This document shows, piece after piece, positions 1-9,787 of a stretch of 40,699 nt of DNA. A program made the position numbers and the translations under genes. The stretch comes from a virus (Duplodnaviria; Caudoviricetes). The notes beneath the pieces are model-generated. The model saw only the letters and a program-made list of their open reading frames with translations. It did not search any database and was not told where the DNA came from. The DNA is taken from positions 1 through 40,699 of IMG/VR virus record IMGVR_UViG_3300020042_008834. The stretch is one strand, 5' to 3'. Position 1 is the first letter of the stretch. Each line of letters begins with the position of its first letter.

Positions 1-1
1 T

Positions 2-583
2 TTTGATAATAAAACCCTCATTAGCTTTAGTGTTAGCAATCCACTGCCTTACAGCTGTAGTTACGTCCATTAATACATCTGTTGTCTGATAGTCAAAGCT
101 CTGCGAGTGTGCTGATGCTGTGAACCAGGTTCCCCCACCACCTCTTGTAGCCCAACTTCCAGTTGTTCCATTTGCAAAAGAAGAGGTTAGCCATGCAGAT
201 GCTGTGTTAGCGCTTGTTAATCTATAAGTCCAAGACACCCCATCACTGCTAGTCACAGCTGTAGTGTATCTACCAGTGCCCATGTTCCAACTTTGCGATA
301 TCTGATAGGCGTATATGTCGTAGCTTGCTGGAATTTCACTTGGTTCTGTTGCTGTCAACTTTAGATAGTAGCTTGCAGTTTGTGTGAGTATAGCATTAGT
401 AAAATTATTTGTAAAGTTCGTTAGATCAAACTTAACAACAATTCTTGAGTTATAGTACGCAGTAGTTGAGCCTGATACTGTTGAGCTCTTGTTGATTTCC
501 AATACAGCATCTAGACCAGTATTAAGCGATGGGTACTGGTCATATATGGTTGCGTCTTTTACGCTAAAAATGCTATATATCAT
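2..583 (-). CDS. Partial virion structural protein (DNRLRE-like beta-sandwich domain), runs off the window edge
   Basis: Not in the ORF track. ATG at 581-583, 1 nt after the gp6-like stop. Reads MIYSIFSVKDATIYDQYPSLNTGLDAVLEINK...SRIVVKFDL...SQSWNMGTG...MDVTTAVRQW...NEGFIIK, open to the edge. Confidence 0.7.
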   Translation of the reverse strand, partial: MIYSIFSVKDATIYDQYPSLNTGLDAVLEINKSSTVSGSTTAYYNSRIVVKFDLTNFTNNFTNAILTQTASYYLKLTATEPSEIPASYDIYAYQISQSWNMGTGRYTTAVTSSDGVSWTYRLTSANTASAWLTSSFANGTTGSWATRGGGGTWFTASAHSQSFDYQTTDVLMDVTTAVRQWIANTKANEGFIIK

Positions 584-584
584 A

Positions 585-2471
585 TTAGAAAGATGTTATT
601 CTGCCTTCAATATCTCTATCTGGGAACTTTACTTCAAAGATGGCTGGGTCTAGGCTTGGGTATGTAATTCCGTTTTTTGTTGCACCTGCTATGTCATAGA
701 GCACATCGCTGTATCCATCGGCTATGCTGTTTAGGTTTTGTATTACTAAGTTGGAAACTGTTTGCACTCCCTTTACTCCTAGCAAAGCCAATGTAATCTC
801 ACTATGCACAATGGGTTGGTTGATCTGCCACTTATCGATAGTGAAATAATCCTTCAGTTTTTGAATGCAGCGAGCTAACACTTCGTTACTGTTAAAGTTA
901 GGTATAGGCAATATGTCAAATTTAACTCCAATGTTTATTATATACCCATCTCTGATGTTAATGCTATCTGTTAGCATTCTGTAGTGATCAAGGTAGTTTG
1001 CTAAATTAGTTTTAACAGCTTTATTTACAATAGTGCATTGTTTGCTATTGTTGTATCCTAACACAAATAAATTTAAAGCCAGTGGATTAGCTACAGTATC
1101 ATTAATCTCCGATGTGCCTATGTTATTTTGCTCATCAGGTGCTATAAAGGCTTTTGCGACTGATCCGAATATGCTTGGCATTGCATAGCATCGCATAATG
1201 TAATCCTCTCTCGTCACAGCTCTGTTTTGTGACGAAAACTGTGCTAACGCATTTTGTCTTATTTCCTCTATTGTCTCCTCGTTTCTACCACCTCCAGCTG
1301 CTGTCGTGTTGTTTACAATAACACTCTGTATTATGGTATTGTTTAGTGCTGTAGTGGATGTAGGAAGTATTGTGTTAGTTGTAATTATAGACGTAATTTC
1401 TGTAATCGTATTTGACGGTACGTTAGCTGTTGTACCTCCGCCAGTATAGTAGGTCACTGTAAGTGTTGTGTTTGATGGTGCTATTCCGTAGGTTGATGTG
1501 AGTAATGGGTTGCTTGGATCTAGCGATGCGTCAGTATCAGCTTTTCCTGTTGCTGTTGCAATCGCTATCTGCTCAGGAGTCGCTAATAGTTCCTCGTCTG
1601 GTGTATTTGATATACCTGCTCCAAATTGGATTTCCAATCCTCCCTCTACTACACGCGTTATAAATCTTCTTGGTACTTTTTTCAACCTAAGGAGATATGG
1701 TGTTTCATTGCTGTACACTGCAGCATCTGGGTCGTTATATGATGTGTTAGCTACTTGCTCGAATATAGTATCTTGAGCTAGATATGGCACCTCGTACCAT
1801 GTATTTCCATCAGCATCAGTAATGTCTTTTAGTCCTATTACCGGACTAGCTATTGTTGTAGGTAAGAATATCTTTGTGAACCGTTCACGAGCTGCTATGG
1901 CATACGTTTGTGTCTGCACAGTTGCACTAATAGCTTTTACCACCTTCTTTGCTAAGTAGTAAATTGGATTACCAGTTGCATTATCAATGCTGTATACGGA
2001 GTACTCAATTGGGCTAAATGCGTTGTCTATTTTAAAGTCGATTGTGTCTTGTGCAGTAAACGTAATACTTGATCCTATTGACCGAACTTCAAATCCTGGT
2101 TCAATTTTTAGACCATATCTTGTGTCTGGTGTGCTTCCATTACCCGATCCGCTTGCTGGTATTAGTTGATAGACATCTAGGTCTACTTGTGCCGGTACTG
2201 ATAGCTTGGGCTTATATCCTAATGCTGACGCTATGCTTAGGAGGTTTCTACGTTCCTGTGCGTGTAGTAGCATGGACTCCTTAAAATTAGCATCTGTGTA
2301 ATATCCCAACACATCCCCTACGTATGCCGCAAGGTCAATAAATAGCGATCCGGGTGAGGCTTCGTTGAAGTCGGTATATGCATCTGGATAGTATGCTCGA
2401 GTGAATTCTATTAAGCCTTTCTTAATAGTATCAAAATCTCTTCCGTAGTATTTTATATCTTGATTAGCCAT
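585..2471 (-). CDS. Baseplate wedge subunit (T4 gp6 / baseplate J-like)
   Basis: Motifs DFDTIKKGL, YTDFNEASPG, FGAG, GGG...NV, GGRNEETIEEIR, QNRAVTREDY; adjacent to a gp25-like gene. Confidence 0.9.
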   Translation of the reverse strand: MANQDIKYYGRDFDTIKKGLIEFTRAYYPDAYTDFNEASPGSLFIDLAAYVGDVLGYYTDANFKESMLLHAQERRNLLSIASALGYKPKLSVPAQVDLDVYQLIPASGSGNGSTPDTRYGLKIEPGFEVRSIGSSITFTAQDTIDFKIDNAFSPIEYSVYSIDNATGNPIYYLAKKVVKAISATVQTQTYAIAARERFTKIFLPTTIASPVIGLKDITDADGNTWYEVPYLAQDTIFEQVANTSYNDPDAAVYSNETPYLLRLKKVPRRFITRVVEGGLEIQFGAGISNTPDEELLATPEQIAIATATGKADTDASLDPSNPLLTSTYGIAPSNTTLTVTYYTGGGTTANVPSNTITEITSIITTNTILPTSTTALNNTIIQSVIVNNTTAAGGGRNEETIEEIRQNALAQFSSQNRAVTREDYIMRCYAMPSIFGSVAKAFIAPDEQNNIGTSEINDTVANPLALNLFVLGYNNSKQCTIVNKAVKTNLANYLDHYRMLTDSINIRDGYIINIGVKFDILPIPNFNSNEVLARCIQKLKDYFTIDKWQINQPIVHSEITLALLGVKGVQTVSNLVIQNLNSIADGYSDVLYDIAGATKNGITYPSLDPAIFEVKFPDRDIEGRITSF

Positions 2472-2880
2472 TTACTTCTAGTAGTATTGATCTTGTATCG
2501 AAATCCAACTCACTTAAACTTATATCCATTTGAACAAATAGCGTGTTTCTATCTTCGTCTGGTGTAAGCTGCAGCTTTCGTATAAATATGTACGGTAAAA
2601 ACGTTTGGAAACTATTTTTTATTCTCATTTCTAATGTAGTAAGAGCTTCCGTTGTCAAGTTCTCAAAAAGTGTCTTCTTTAGTCCACAACCAAACTCTGG
2701 TAACATTACCCTTTCGCCAGGCTCAGTGAGTAGTAAATTTTTAGCATTTGCTTCTGCTTGGTCTATTGTAAAGTAATTTTGCTTAAAAGTCGCTCCTCTC
2801 TCTCCCGTTAACGGAAGATCTAAACCCAAAGCTACGTTCCTCTCTAGGTCTACAGGATTGACTTGTATGATATAAGCCAT
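2464..2880 (-). CDS. Baseplate wedge protein, GPW/gp25 family
   Basis: NLLLTEPGERVMLPEFGCGL...LFE signature, 138 aa. Confidence 0.9.
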   Translation of the reverse strand: MAYIIQVNPVDLERNVALGLDLPLTGERGATFKQNYFTIDQAEANAKNLLLTEPGERVMLPEFGCGLKKTLFENLTTEALTTLEMRIKNSFQTFLPYIFIRKLQLTPDEDRNTLFVQMDISLSELDFDTRSILLEVNG

Positions 2881-3254
2881 TAAGGTCTAAAGTTAGGATT
2901 GCTCAACTCTTCCGATCTTTTTAGGACAGACGAGTAGTCTTTTACAAACATGTCTGTTGCTGATGCACCCATTGTTGGAAAGTCTGGGTTCATTTGTTCG
3001 GTTGATTCCTCGCCAAATCCTGCCATTGACTTCGCAGTTTCGTTTAACAAATCGCCTAAAGGACCTCCTACAGTAGTAAATGGTTCATCTAAGGTTACTA
3101 ATGGAGTTGTTCTTCTGTTTACTTGTAGCGCTTGGTTAGGCTTAGCTGTAGACTGCTTACTTTCGTTAAGCTTTTTTATCTCAGTACGTACTGCAGCTTG
3201 AACTTCCTCACGGATAAGTTCACGTAGCATGGACTTAAATTGACTTAGTTTCAT
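2880..3254 (-). CDS. Hypothetical virion protein with MKLSQFKSMLRELIREE leader
   Basis: ORF track; preceded by a CTATTTAT motif; TAATG coupling to the gp25-like gene. Confidence 0.7.
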   Translation of the reverse strand: MKLSQFKSMLRELIREEVQAAVRTEIKKLNESKQSTAKPNQALQVNRRTTPLVTLDEPFTTVGGPLGDLLNETAKSMAGFGEESTEQMNPDFPTMGASATDMFVKDYSSVLKRSEELSNPNFRP

Positions 3255-3293
3255 ATATTTTGTTTTTTATAAATAGTGCTTTATTAGGTTATT

Positions 3294-6200
3294 CTATTCG
3301 TATCCAACTACAAACTCCTGCTTTGATAGGTAACCACGCCATGTAAATGGTACAATTCCGGTACTAGGTTGGGGAATTGCTATCCCACTCATACGCTCAA
3401 GTTGACGACTAAAACCTTCTCCTAGCTCTTCTGCGTAGCCTTGCGCACCATTCTCACTCAACGCTTCCATTGCTGGGTAGAATCTTCCAACGTTGGTTAC
3501 TATAAACTTAGTGCCATATTGGTTTGTCCAACTATTTCCCGTCCAAAACAATCTTCCAGCCAATCCGAATACAAAGGTCATGATTTTTGCATCTATGTTT
3601 ATTTTTGCATCTGCTTTAGCTTTTGCGTATGTAGTAGCATCAGCTTGTATCTTTTCTTTTTGCTCTTCAACCTCTCCTTTTATGTAAGCAATTACAGGGT
3701 CTAGCAACTCTTCAATAAATTCTACTATCTTTTTGAAAAATAAACTTATTGCGTCAAGTATAGGTATTATCAAATCCGATACCTTAGATAGCTTGGATCT
3801 GATGTACAGTAGGCCTGCGTCTCTTGTGTCTTGCGGTATAAAATCTCCAAGTCCTTTAGCCTTTACTCTCAGTTGTTTGAACGCCGTCTTTTCTGCTCGT
3901 ATTATTGAGTACATTAAATCTCCTTGTGCCTTTAATTGTCCTGGTATTGCTGCCAGTTCTTGTATACCTGGTGCGCTTCGTGCTCCGTCTAGTATCTCCA
4001 TAAGAGTTTCAAAGACCCCTGTTCCTGTTTCTTTTATTGACTTACCCTTAGCAGCTACCTTATCCTCGTATATCTTCTTAATTTGCGCTACTATACCCGT
4101 TTCTTTACACTCCTCAATAAGCTTCTTAAAGAAAAGGAATATCTGCTCATATGCTTTTAGATCCGCAATCTTAGCATTAAACCTCTTTAAATCCTCCTGC
4201 CTTTGCTCTGCAGAAACCTTTCCTCTCTCTACTTGAAGTTCCAAAAACGTCTTAACGAGTTGAGTAACACCAGCTTGGTTCTGAGTTATTGGTGCTTCTC
4301 TATTTTGCATCAATCCCATAAATACGCGAGGTGCGTTTACTGTTAATTGGTAAGCTAACCGAGCTTCTCTCGCTAGTTTTTTTAGTTTGTTCAGCTTCTG
4401 CTTAGCCTTTACGACATCAAACTCCTTCTTTCTCTTTTTGTTTCTTATCTTCTTTACAGTCGGATTGACGTCCAGTTGTGCCTCTAAATACTCATCTAGG
4501 TATTGCTGCTCTCTTACCACTTCCACCAACTCTATCTCCTTGTCTTCTATCCACTTCTCTACTGTAAGTTGCGCTTCATCAATTTTATTATTTATTACTC
4601 GGCAACTCCTAATTAACTTCAAGTAGGTCATATGCCCATCGGCATCTCCTGTCACAATACGCGTTACACCAAATGCTCCTCCTTCTGCCGTATTGTAGTC
4701 TTGTGTGATACGTTCCACTTCTTCCATCTCCTGCTGGTAGTAGGGGCTACTTGGTTTTATTGCTAATAGTTGTTTTAATTTTGGCAAATCAACAGCTAAA
4801 ATAGTCTCTATGTTAGTAGCAATTAGCTTTATATCATTTCCTCCTCTTCGTAAAAATGCATATACCTGTGATGGGTTTAATTTGTATAAGCTCTGGACTT
4901 GCTCTAATAGCTGACGTACTATAGGTGTACTATCACCAGCACTTTCTAAAAGCTTTGCTGTAGTTGCGTCTGCGTTTGCTAAGTTTGTACTCTTCTTAAA
5001 TTCATCAAGTGCCTTTTGTCTTGCTAATTTTGCAGCTTCACTAATCGACTCCTCTATGTTAGCTTTAGTTTCTCCATACTTTTCTTTTACATTTGCAACA
5101 ATAGTCACAGCCTTGTCAATAGCTTTTTGTATGGTTGTATATACAGCAAACAACTTTGTGTATATAGACTGAACTGTGTCCAGTATCATTCTGTAGTGCC
5201 TAATAGCTCTTCTAATTTGCTTTGCTTTTGCCTTTGTTTTTTTCACAATCTGCCTTAGCTTCTTCCCAGTTGCTATTCGCTGCTTCTTCTTTGTCTCTCC
5301 ATTTAACTCCCTCTCTTTAGCAATTTTACTCTGTACACGCTTTATTATGTCTGCCAGTTTAGCCTTTAAGTCTTCTATTTTTTTATCTAACTGCACCCTA
5401 ACACTTTGCTTTTTAGCCTCTACCTTTGCTAATAGCTTTTTCTTAAGCTCCTTAAGCTTTTTGTTATTCTCAATAATATCGAGCATTATTCTGCCAATAA
5501 CACTTCCTCCTGGTACGTATATTAACTCTTTCCAGTAGCCAATATACTTTTCTGGGTTTATGAAGCCATCTAATAATTTCATGAATTCCTTTATGACAGC
5601 TGATATTTTCTTAAAGACGTATGTTTTTAAATTAGCTTCTTTGGAAAAAGTGTTTTGATATTTGGTCAATACAGCCTTTGACTTTCGAGCATAGCTTGCT
5701 AAAGTTTGAAACGTTTCTGCTACCGATGCTATGTTTAAGCTTGGTTGTATTTTCAAGCTTAGTAGGGCCTGTAGGTCCGCTATCTCATCTTTCATTACTG
5801 CATTGTAATCAAAGTTGGATAGGTTTTGCGCATTAAGCTGCTTGAATTTATCACCCAACGACTTAACCTCGTCAAAAACGTTTTTAATTATCTCCTTTTT
5901 CGTTGCAATAAACTTTTTAAACTCAGGTATTATGCTCTGGATCCTCTCTCTAATTTCTCGAAGCTGATCGTCTAGGTTCTGGATCTGAATTTGTAGATTT
6001 TGTACATCTGTGGTTAGTTTGTTATATGTCCTTATCGTTCCTTGTATGTCTTGGGATAATGATTGTATTCTAATCTTTCCTTGTGATATCTCTTTGCCTA
6101 CAAAGTATGCCCTAACGGTATTGTAAAATATTTTCTCTCTCGTTCTATTTGTAATAGAATTACCAGGGCCTACTGGGACCATTGCTCCAAATGCCGTTGG

Positions 6201-6356
6201 ACTTGGCATTGTTAATGGAATACCAACTGGAGCGTTCAGTGAAAGCGATGACATGTAGTGCTTTGTTATACCAGCAGCAAAGTCATCTGCGTTTGCATAT
6301 AATCCTTGTTCTAGGTCGTTAGCCAGCTTCTTTGTAAAACTTTCTTCAAAATCCAT
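3294..6356 (-). CDS. 1020-aa baseplate-region protein with a very long Lys-rich coiled-coil centre
   Basis: Heptad/Lys-rich helical middle between globular Pro/Gly-containing N- and C-terminal segments (FWTG...VTNVG...VPFTWRGY). Confidence 0.7.
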   Translation of the reverse strand: MDFEESFTKKLANDLEQGLYANADDFAAGITKHYMSSLSLNAPVGIPLTMPSPTAFGAMVPVGPGNSITNRTREKIFYNTVRAYFVGKEISQGKIRIQSLSQDIQGTIRTYNKLTTDVQNLQIQIQNLDDQLREIRERIQSIIPEFKKFIATKKEIIKNVFDEVKSLGDKFKQLNAQNLSNFDYNAVMKDEIADLQALLSLKIQPSLNIASVAETFQTLASYARKSKAVLTKYQNTFSKEANLKTYVFKKISAVIKEFMKLLDGFINPEKYIGYWKELIYVPGGSVIGRIMLDIIENNKKLKELKKKLLAKVEAKKQSVRVQLDKKIEDLKAKLADIIKRVQSKIAKERELNGETKKKQRIATGKKLRQIVKKTKAKAKQIRRAIRHYRMILDTVQSIYTKLFAVYTTIQKAIDKAVTIVANVKEKYGETKANIEESISEAAKLARQKALDEFKKSTNLANADATTAKLLESAGDSTPIVRQLLEQVQSLYKLNPSQVYAFLRRGGNDIKLIATNIETILAVDLPKLKQLLAIKPSSPYYQQEMEEVERITQDYNTAEGGAFGVTRIVTGDADGHMTYLKLIRSCRVINNKIDEAQLTVEKWIEDKEIELVEVVREQQYLDEYLEAQLDVNPTVKKIRNKKRKKEFDVVKAKQKLNKLKKLAREARLAYQLTVNAPRVFMGLMQNREAPITQNQAGVTQLVKTFLELQVERGKVSAEQRQEDLKRFNAKIADLKAYEQIFLFFKKLIEECKETGIVAQIKKIYEDKVAAKGKSIKETGTGVFETLMEILDGARSAPGIQELAAIPGQLKAQGDLMYSIIRAEKTAFKQLRVKAKGLGDFIPQDTRDAGLLYIRSKLSKVSDLIIPILDAISLFFKKIVEFIEELLDPVIAYIKGEVEEQKEKIQADATTYAKAKADAKINIDAKIMTFVFGLAGRLFWTGNSWTNQYGTKFIVTNVGRFYPAMEALSENGAQGYAEELGEGFSRQLERMSGIAIPQPSTGIVPFTWRGYLSKQEFVVGYE

Positions 6357-6357
6357 C

Positions 6358-7143
6358 TTACGAAGCTATAGTCATAAACAAATCCCACGCTATCCATGAG
6401 TTTGCTAATTTATCTTTCGGCATTACTACAGCACCGTTTATGTATCCGGTAAATGGTAGATTATCTACCCAACCTACTATATCCTGCTTGCTTGTTGGCG
6501 CTTTACCATTAGCTTGCTTGTATATGTGATATAATGGTGCTTTTAGTCCCATCGATGCAGCTGCAATAAAATCAGCACTAAAGGTGGCAGACTGTCCTAC
6601 GTAAATAAAAGTGTTGTTGTCTGGGCCGTACCATACAAAACCGTACTTATAGCTATTTTCTATTAACCACTCAAAGTATGGCGAAGCATCCTTAAATACA
6701 ATAACCTTTCCAGTACGACGTGGATCATTTGACTGCGTGTTTGGCCATCCATAAATGTTAGACAGGCCTGTTGCTTTGAAAAAAGGTGATGGCCATTCTA
6801 ATTTATACCTGTTGAACGCAGTCCATGTTTTTGCTGCATCTGGATGCATAGTCATGTTGAACTGTGTAATACGGTTCATAAAATTATTAATCACAGTGCG
6901 ATCATCCTCTGTAGGCTCAGCTTTTGCTACTAATGCCTTTACGTTTTCGTATTCGCTGTTTTGGCTTTCTGCAACTATGGCACATGGCACCATTTCAGTG
7001 TACCAGTCCCATGCAGATAGGTAACCGTACTGTATCGGCATCTCCTTACCAAACGCAGTTGTCATCTCGCTATACTTTGCAGCTGCTTCTGTGTCTAAGT
7101 TTACCCCCATTATAGAGGACATTGTTCCTGTTAGATTAGCCAT
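6358..7143 (-). CDS. M15B/VanY D,D-carboxypeptidase-like protein, probably catalytically inactive
   Basis: YFEWLIENSYKYGFVWYG...FIYVG matches the VanY C-terminal WLxxNAxKYGF...YVG motif. The SxHxxGxAxD and ExWH metal-ligand motifs are absent. Confidence 0.55.
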   Translation of the reverse strand: MANLTGTMSSIMGVNLDTEAAAKYSEMTTAFGKEMPIQYGYLSAWDWYTEMVPCAIVAESQNSEYENVKALVAKAEPTEDDRTVINNFMNRITQFNMTMHPDAAKTWTAFNRYKLEWPSPFFKATGLSNIYGWPNTQSNDPRRTGKVIVFKDASPYFEWLIENSYKYGFVWYGPDNNTFIYVGQSATFSADFIAAASMGLKAPLYHIYKQANGKAPTSKQDIVGWVDNLPFTGYINGAVVMPKDKLANSWIAWDLFMTIAS

Positions 7144-7147
7144 ATTA

Positions 7148-8098
7148 TTAATTTAGTGCAGGTGGTGTTGGTCCTGCTGATTCGTAGTAGCCTGGTTTGC
7201 TTACATTTGGTCCAGCTGGTACAGATGGTTGTGTCAGTGGATTACTTATGCTAGCGTTGACGTTAACGTCAATAGAGGTTTGTGGTTTTGTGAATTCTAT
7301 TGGTGGTGGATCTAAGTCATTGTAGTTTGGCTTTTCATGTGAGTAACCGTCAATAAAAACCTCAGTTGAGATTAGCTCTTGTAGTCTTGTCTGCATTGCC
7401 AAAAAATCCCATTGAGTATCCTCTCTTGCTGTAGAATAGCCAACTGGCGTTAAGTTTTGTTGGTACTTTAAAATTATTAGCAAGTCATCTAACCAGTTAA
7501 TTAACTTTAGTCCAAGAACCATTGGCTCGTACGGTACATCTCCTGATGGAACTGATTTTAGCTTTTTACCATCTTTGAAGAACTTTGCGTCACCTGGAGT
7601 TGGTACAAATGGCACGTGCGGCTGACCTTTTCCTGGTATTCCTAAGTAAACTCCAGTGTCTCCAAATATAGTTACACTTTCGTCAGCGTCTATATTCACC
7701 TTAGTAGGTGATGTGAGAGCTACTCCTTGTGCGCCTGCTATAATAGTCTGACTTTCTTTTGAGTTAATAATAACGCGTCCTGAATTTATTAGGATTGATG
7801 GGCTTCCAGCGTCGTGATCGTTTACAATAAACTTACCGTTTGCAACTAATCCAACTGCTTTAAGACCTGCACCTGGTTGTATTGGAGCAACTGTTATGCC
7901 TTGATCGTATAGATAGTCTGTCATTGGCAAGCCAAATACACTACCTGATCCAGACGGAGATGCAATTGCAGTTGCGTTAGTGCCTGTTCCGTTGCTGCCA
8001 GCTGGACTGTTGCTTCCAGCGACTTGTGCTTCTACTCCATCTTCTGCTAGTAGTCCAGCGTTATCTAGTGCCTTTATCCTTTCTTCTTCTTCATCCAT
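7148..8098 (-). CDS. gp5-like spike C-terminal (beta-helix needle) protein
   Basis: ILINSGRVIINSKE...VNIDADESVTI...VYLG and EPMVLGxKLxxWLxxL...TPVG, typical of the C-terminal half of myophage baseplate spikes. Confidence 0.65.
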   Translation of the reverse strand: MDEEEERIKALDNAGLLAEDGVEAQVAGSNSPAGSNGTGTNATAIASPSGSGSVFGLPMTDYLYDQGITVAPIQPGAGLKAVGLVANGKFIVNDHDAGSPSILINSGRVIINSKESQTIIAGAQGVALTSPTKVNIDADESVTIFGDTGVYLGIPGKGQPHVPFVPTPGDAKFFKDGKKLKSVPSGDVPYEPMVLGLKLINWLDDLLIILKYQQNLTPVGYSTAREDTQWDFLAMQTRLQELISTEVFIDGYSHEKPNYNDLDPPPIEFTKPQTSIDVNVNASISNPLTQPSVPAGPNVSKPGYYESAGPTPPALN

Positions 8099-8136
8099 AC
8101 TATTAAATATACAAAATTTTTAGTTTGATTCAAACA

Positions 8137-9786
8137 TTACACACCTCTACCTACCACACCAGCTGCATAAAGTTCGTTTGCTATCTTCAAAGCTTTCAGA
8201 TGTCCTTCACTACCTCTTACCTCACCACCACCGTGATTTGCTCTTACAAACCAATAAACAGCGTCGTCTATTGACGTAAAGCTATTCTTTTCTTTTTGGA
8301 TCTTTTTTCCTGCAATTCCATTTAACAGAAACTTAATCGCAAGTGTTGCTGCAGTTGGGACGTCGTTTAGTTGGTTAAAATTTGTTACCAAGTCTACTCC
8401 TATCATATTGCCGTACTTCTCATACGATGCCTTAAAGGTTATTTGGTTAAAACCCCGTCCACGATAGTTCCAACCATCTCCCGGATTCGTGTGCTTTCTC
8501 CACTCCTTCCCTGGCGTTTTGTCCAAATATCCGTAAATGTAATCGTAAAATAGCACGTTCTGTTTTTTCAAGGCTTCAAGTGCTGGTTCATCAAATTGTG
8601 CAAGTCTAGAACCAAATAAATGTCTTAATCTTGCGTTGCTTGTGTTTCCGTATCCGTACTCATCCTTTGGTATAAATCCACACTCTTTTCCTATAGTTCC
8701 TAATATTCCCAATTGTGTAAATGGGTTCGTAATACCAGCCTGTGTCATTGCGTTTATTAACACTCTTATGTTTTCGTCTTTTGATCCTCCACTACCCAAA
8801 GAACCTATATCAAATCCTCCAGTGCCTCCAACAAACCCAGTAACATTTAAATTAACTTGGAATCTGAAGTTTGGATCATATATGCCGTCAACAGTTGCTT
8901 GCAATCTTGTTGATTCTAAATCTTCTACTCTCTGTATAGGCCCTGGCTTAGTTACTTTTATATTCCAAGTGTCCATTCTTTTGCTAGTAGCTACCTCCAT
9001 TGGGATTGTCTGCGTGCTCGTCATGTATACGATTGAATCCGCTTCCTTAATTGATGGCTTTATTAGGTAAGGTTCATTTGTAAGTTCCTTTCTTCTTGCT
9101 TGTATGATTAGTACAGGATCACCATCTTCTGTGGTAGGTACTTTGCTTATATCATCTGATCCTATATACGGCTCACTATGTTGCTCCTTTACAATTACTT
9201 TGTCCATTGTACTGGTGAATAGTATTGAGCTGCCAAATCTTCCTTCGAAGATAGTATCCCCTTCTCTTAAAGAAGTTACTCCATAGCTTGAGTTTTCATA
9301 ATCTTCGTATGGTATTTGCAACTTGTCGCGAAATCGAAGTGCTAAAACCTCTTCTTCCACAAGAGCATTGAGTATATTACCATCTACATTAAAGGCTGTT
9401 GTCGATAGGAAAGGCTCTGAGCTATATGCTATGTTTAATGATTGTTTAACAATTCCACCGTATGCGTATGCTAATCTCTTACCAGATACTATTGGGTACA
9501 CTACTACCTGCTCTCCTGGTAATGGTACTTGGTATCTTGTTCTATCTGCTGGAAATGCTAATAAGCTTATGCTCTTCTCGTCTTTTCTATAATCTTCTGG
9601 TATTACTCGGAAGCGTATTCCTCCTACTCCATATTCCGAACTGTAGTATGGGGAGGATTCGTCGAGAATAACATCAAGTACATGGCCAAGCAATATCCTC
9701 TCCGACCCTTTCTTACGCGAAGATGGATTTGATTTTGTGTTGTTTGGTCCTAATACTTCTGATAAACCGCTAAATGTACTGCCCAT
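8137..9786 (-). CDS. gp5-like spike/hub paralog C with C-terminal GH19 (lysozyme/chitinase) domain
   Basis: N-terminal PLPGEQV and REGDTIFEGRFGSSI motifs; C-terminal KECGF and GDGWNYRGRGFNQIT..ASY GH19 signature. Confidence 0.8.
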   Translation of the reverse strand: MGSTFSGLSEVLGPNNTKSNPSSRKKGSERILLGHVLDVILDESSPYYSSEYGVGGIRFRVIPEDYRKDEKSISLLAFPADRTRYQVPLPGEQVVVYPIVSGKRLAYAYGGIVKQSLNIAYSSEPFLSTTAFNVDGNILNALVEEEVLALRFRDKLQIPYEDYENSSYGVTSLREGDTIFEGRFGSSILFTSTMDKVIVKEQHSEPYIGSDDISKVPTTEDGDPVLIIQARRKELTNEPYLIKPSIKEADSIVYMTSTQTIPMEVATSKRMDTWNIKVTKPGPIQRVEDLESTRLQATVDGIYDPNFRFQVNLNVTGFVGGTGGFDIGSLGSGGSKDENIRVLINAMTQAGITNPFTQLGILGTIGKECGFIPKDEYGYGNTSNARLRHLFGSRLAQFDEPALEALKKQNVLFYDYIYGYLDKTPGKEWRKHTNPGDGWNYRGRGFNQITFKASYEKYGNMIGVDLVTNFNQLNDVPTAATLAIKFLLNGIAGKKIQKEKNSFTSIDDAVYWFVRANHGGGEVRGSEGHLKALKIANELYAAGVVGRGV

Positions 9787-9787
9787 A

